From contig NC_091478.1 in assembly GCF_036971445.1 (NCBI RefSeq), forward strand, positions 30,566,001-30,630,000: a stretch of DNA of 64,000 bases, given 5' to 3'. Positions 61,626 to 64,000 of this stretch are shown one piece after another; position 1 is the first letter of the stretch; every line of letters starts with the position of its first letter. The position numbers and the translations under genes were made by a program. Origin of the DNA: Narcine bancroftii. Its lineage: Eukaryota. The notes below the pieces were generated by a model. The model had not been told where the DNA came from. It was given only the letters and a program-made list of their open reading frames with translations, and searched no databases.

Positions 61626-64000
61626 CTGTGGTTGTTGTGGCATCACTCAACTAGTTGATCTATATCACTCCTGTACTTTTCTTTAGTGCCACCAGTGATT
61701 CAACTGTGGTGTCATCAGCAAATTTATAGACGGCATTTGAATTGTGCTTAGCCACTCAGTATGGATGTAGAGAGGGTAGAACAGTAAGCTAATCACACAT
61801 CCTTGAGGTGCGCCTGTGTTGATTGTCAATGAAGATCTGCACTGACTAGTCTTCAAATGAGGAAGTCAAGGATCCAGTTGCACAGGGAGGTACAGAGGCC
61901 CAGGTTTTGAAAAGCTAACCAGCTGAGCTATAATCGATAAAAAGTAGCCCGGTAGATGTTGCTGTTGTCCAAGTGATCCAGGGCTGAGTGGAGAGCCAGT
62001 GAAATTGCATCAGCTGTAGAGCGACTGTGGTCCAGGTGTTTCCTTAGGTACAAGTTAATTCTGGTCATGTCCCACCTCTAAAAGCACATCTTTATAGTAG
62101 ATGTGAATGCTATTGCACGACAGCATTGGGGCAGCTCACCCTGATCTTCTTGGGCACCGATATAATTGATACCCTTTTGGAGCAAGTAGGAGCCTCCAGC
62201 TGCACCAATGAGAGATTAAAAATGTCCATGAAAATTCCAACTAATTGGTTGGCATAGATTTTCAGTACCCTGCCAGGTATATCATCAGGGCTTGATGTCT
62301 TGCAAAGGTTCACCCTCTTGAAAGATGTTCTGACACAGGGTCGCAAGCTTCTGCAGGGATTCCCACAGGTTTCGCTTTGTAGGATGTAATGGCCTGTAAG
62401 CCCTGCCATAGCTAACTTGTATTTAATTCTGTTTCTAACTCGCCTTAGAATTCTTTCTTTGCTGTTAAGATAGCACTCTGTAGGTCTTACCTGGTCTTCT
62501 TATAGAATTATGGATCACCAGTCTTAAAAGTAATTGATCTGGTCCTCAGCTGGCTGTGAATCCTTTGGTTCATCCATGGCATTTGGATAGGGTGCATTCA
62601 GTATGTACGCCTAGGGATGCACTCATGCACACAAGTCTTGATAAAGTTGATGACAACTGTGGCATATTTATTCAAATGTGAAGATGACTCCTTGAATACG
62701 GTGCAGTCCACTGATTCAAAGCAGACCTGCAAGTGCTCCTGGTCTCCCTCGTCCCTACCTTTACTGTCTTCACCACTGATGCTGCAGTCCTCAGTCTCTG
62801 CTTTTATGCTGGGAGTAGAAGTGCAGCCAGGTGATTAGACTTGCCAAAGGATGGGTGTAGGAATGCATGGTCAGCATTGTTGATTGTGGAGTAACAGTGG
62901 TCAAGTATGTTGGCTCCTCTGGTTACACAGTTGATATGTTGATGGTAAATTACCATAGACTTCTACAAGCAGGCCTGGTTGAAGACCCCTAAAATGATTG
63001 ATAAGGCATCAAGGTGTGCAGTCTCGTGGCTGCTGATTACAGTGACCCTCCCCTCCAGTGCCAACCTAATGTTAGCCTGGGGTGCAATGTTCAGGCAATT
63101 ATGTATCTGTATTCCAGATCCTCTATTCTACTGCACTCTTCAATGCTCTACCATTTATTGGATTATGTCCTACCTTGGTTTGTCCTTCCAAATTGCAACA
63201 CCTCACAGTTATCTGCAGTAAATTCCATCTGCCATTTTTCCAGTTGGTCCAGATCACTCCACAAACTTTGAAAGCCTTCCTTGCTGTTCACAACACTCCA
63301 ATCTTTGTGTTACTTGCAAACTTGCTGATCCAATTCACCTCATTATCATCTAGATGACAAACAAGAATGGACTCAGCACCAATCCTTGAAGCACACAACT
63401 CATCACTGGCCTCCAGTCAGAGAGGCATTCATCCACTATCACCCTTTAGCTTCTTCATGAAGCCAATGTTGACTCCAGTTTACTACCTCACCATAAATAC
63501 CGAGTGTCTGAATCTTCCTGACTAACCTGCGATGTGGGGCCATGTCAAAGCCCTTACTAAAGTCCATGTTGACCACATCTACAGACTTTCATTCATCAAC
63601 TTTCCTGGCAAGCTCCTTGAAAAACTCTAAGTTTTGTTAAATATCCTCTACCATGCTCAAAGCCATGTTGACTAACACGAATCATTTCCTGACTTTCCTA
63701 ATACTCGTATACCCAATCTTTCAAAACATCTTCCAATAACTTACCTAATACTGACTGTCCTGGGTTATTTTTTGGGGTCTTTTTTAAACAACAGAACAAC
63801 ATGAGCTACCCTCCAATTCTCCAGCATCTCACCTGTAGCTAAGGGCATTTTAAATATATCTGCCAGGGCCCCTGCAATTTCTGCACTATCATCCCTCAAG
63901 GTCCAAGTGGATACCTTGTTAGGCTGTGGGGATTTTATCCACCTTTATTCACTTTAAGACAGCAAGCACCTCCTCCTCTTTAATCAGTGTAGGTTCCTCG

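Larger units (their letters stand above)
60555..63089 (-). mobile_element. Rex1/Babar LINE, degenerate, with endonuclease and RT remnants
   Basis: QANIRLAL...HETAHLDA...GVFNQAC...YHQHINCVTRGANILDHCY and PDDIPGRVLK...IFMDIFNLSL. 3' UTR at 60555-60830. Confidence 0.8.
59930..64000 (-). mobile_element. CR1 LINE (59930-60554 and 63090-64000) split by nested insertions
   Basis: INQSIEYRSWNVMVKLYKTLV...CVQFWS in the left part. The sequence resumes at ttcag 63090 with RT-region homology to 1200-2000. Confidence 0.8.

Overview
Eukaryotic, repeat-dense vertebrate DNA. The repeat repertoire (CR1, Rex1/Babar, RTE, L1, Tx1, Penelope GIY-YIG fragments, HE1-like V-SINEs) points to a cartilaginous fish; this is an inference. 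The only host-gene sequence I can identify is the last coding exon of terminal deoxynucleotidyl transferase (DNTT/TdT) on the minus strand at 2993-3079 ([28 protein letters not shown]). I found no upstream DNTT exon by eye, so the remaining ~61 kb looks like one very large, transposon-filled intron. It contains a full-length degenerate L1 with a 17-bp TSD, a young RTE insertion with a 5' inversion, a decayed Gypsy provirus whose primer-site position is complementary to its own LTR, a U2-headed Tx1 (Keno-like) fragment, a 5S-derived SINE, hAT and pogo DNA-transposon relics, and two local inverted duplications. A young CR1 with an intact RT reading frame lies just past the DNTT stop codon. There are no prokaryotic-type systems. 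Most short ORFs in the track are transposon debris or noise. Boundaries of old repeats are approximate, and nothing was database-searched.
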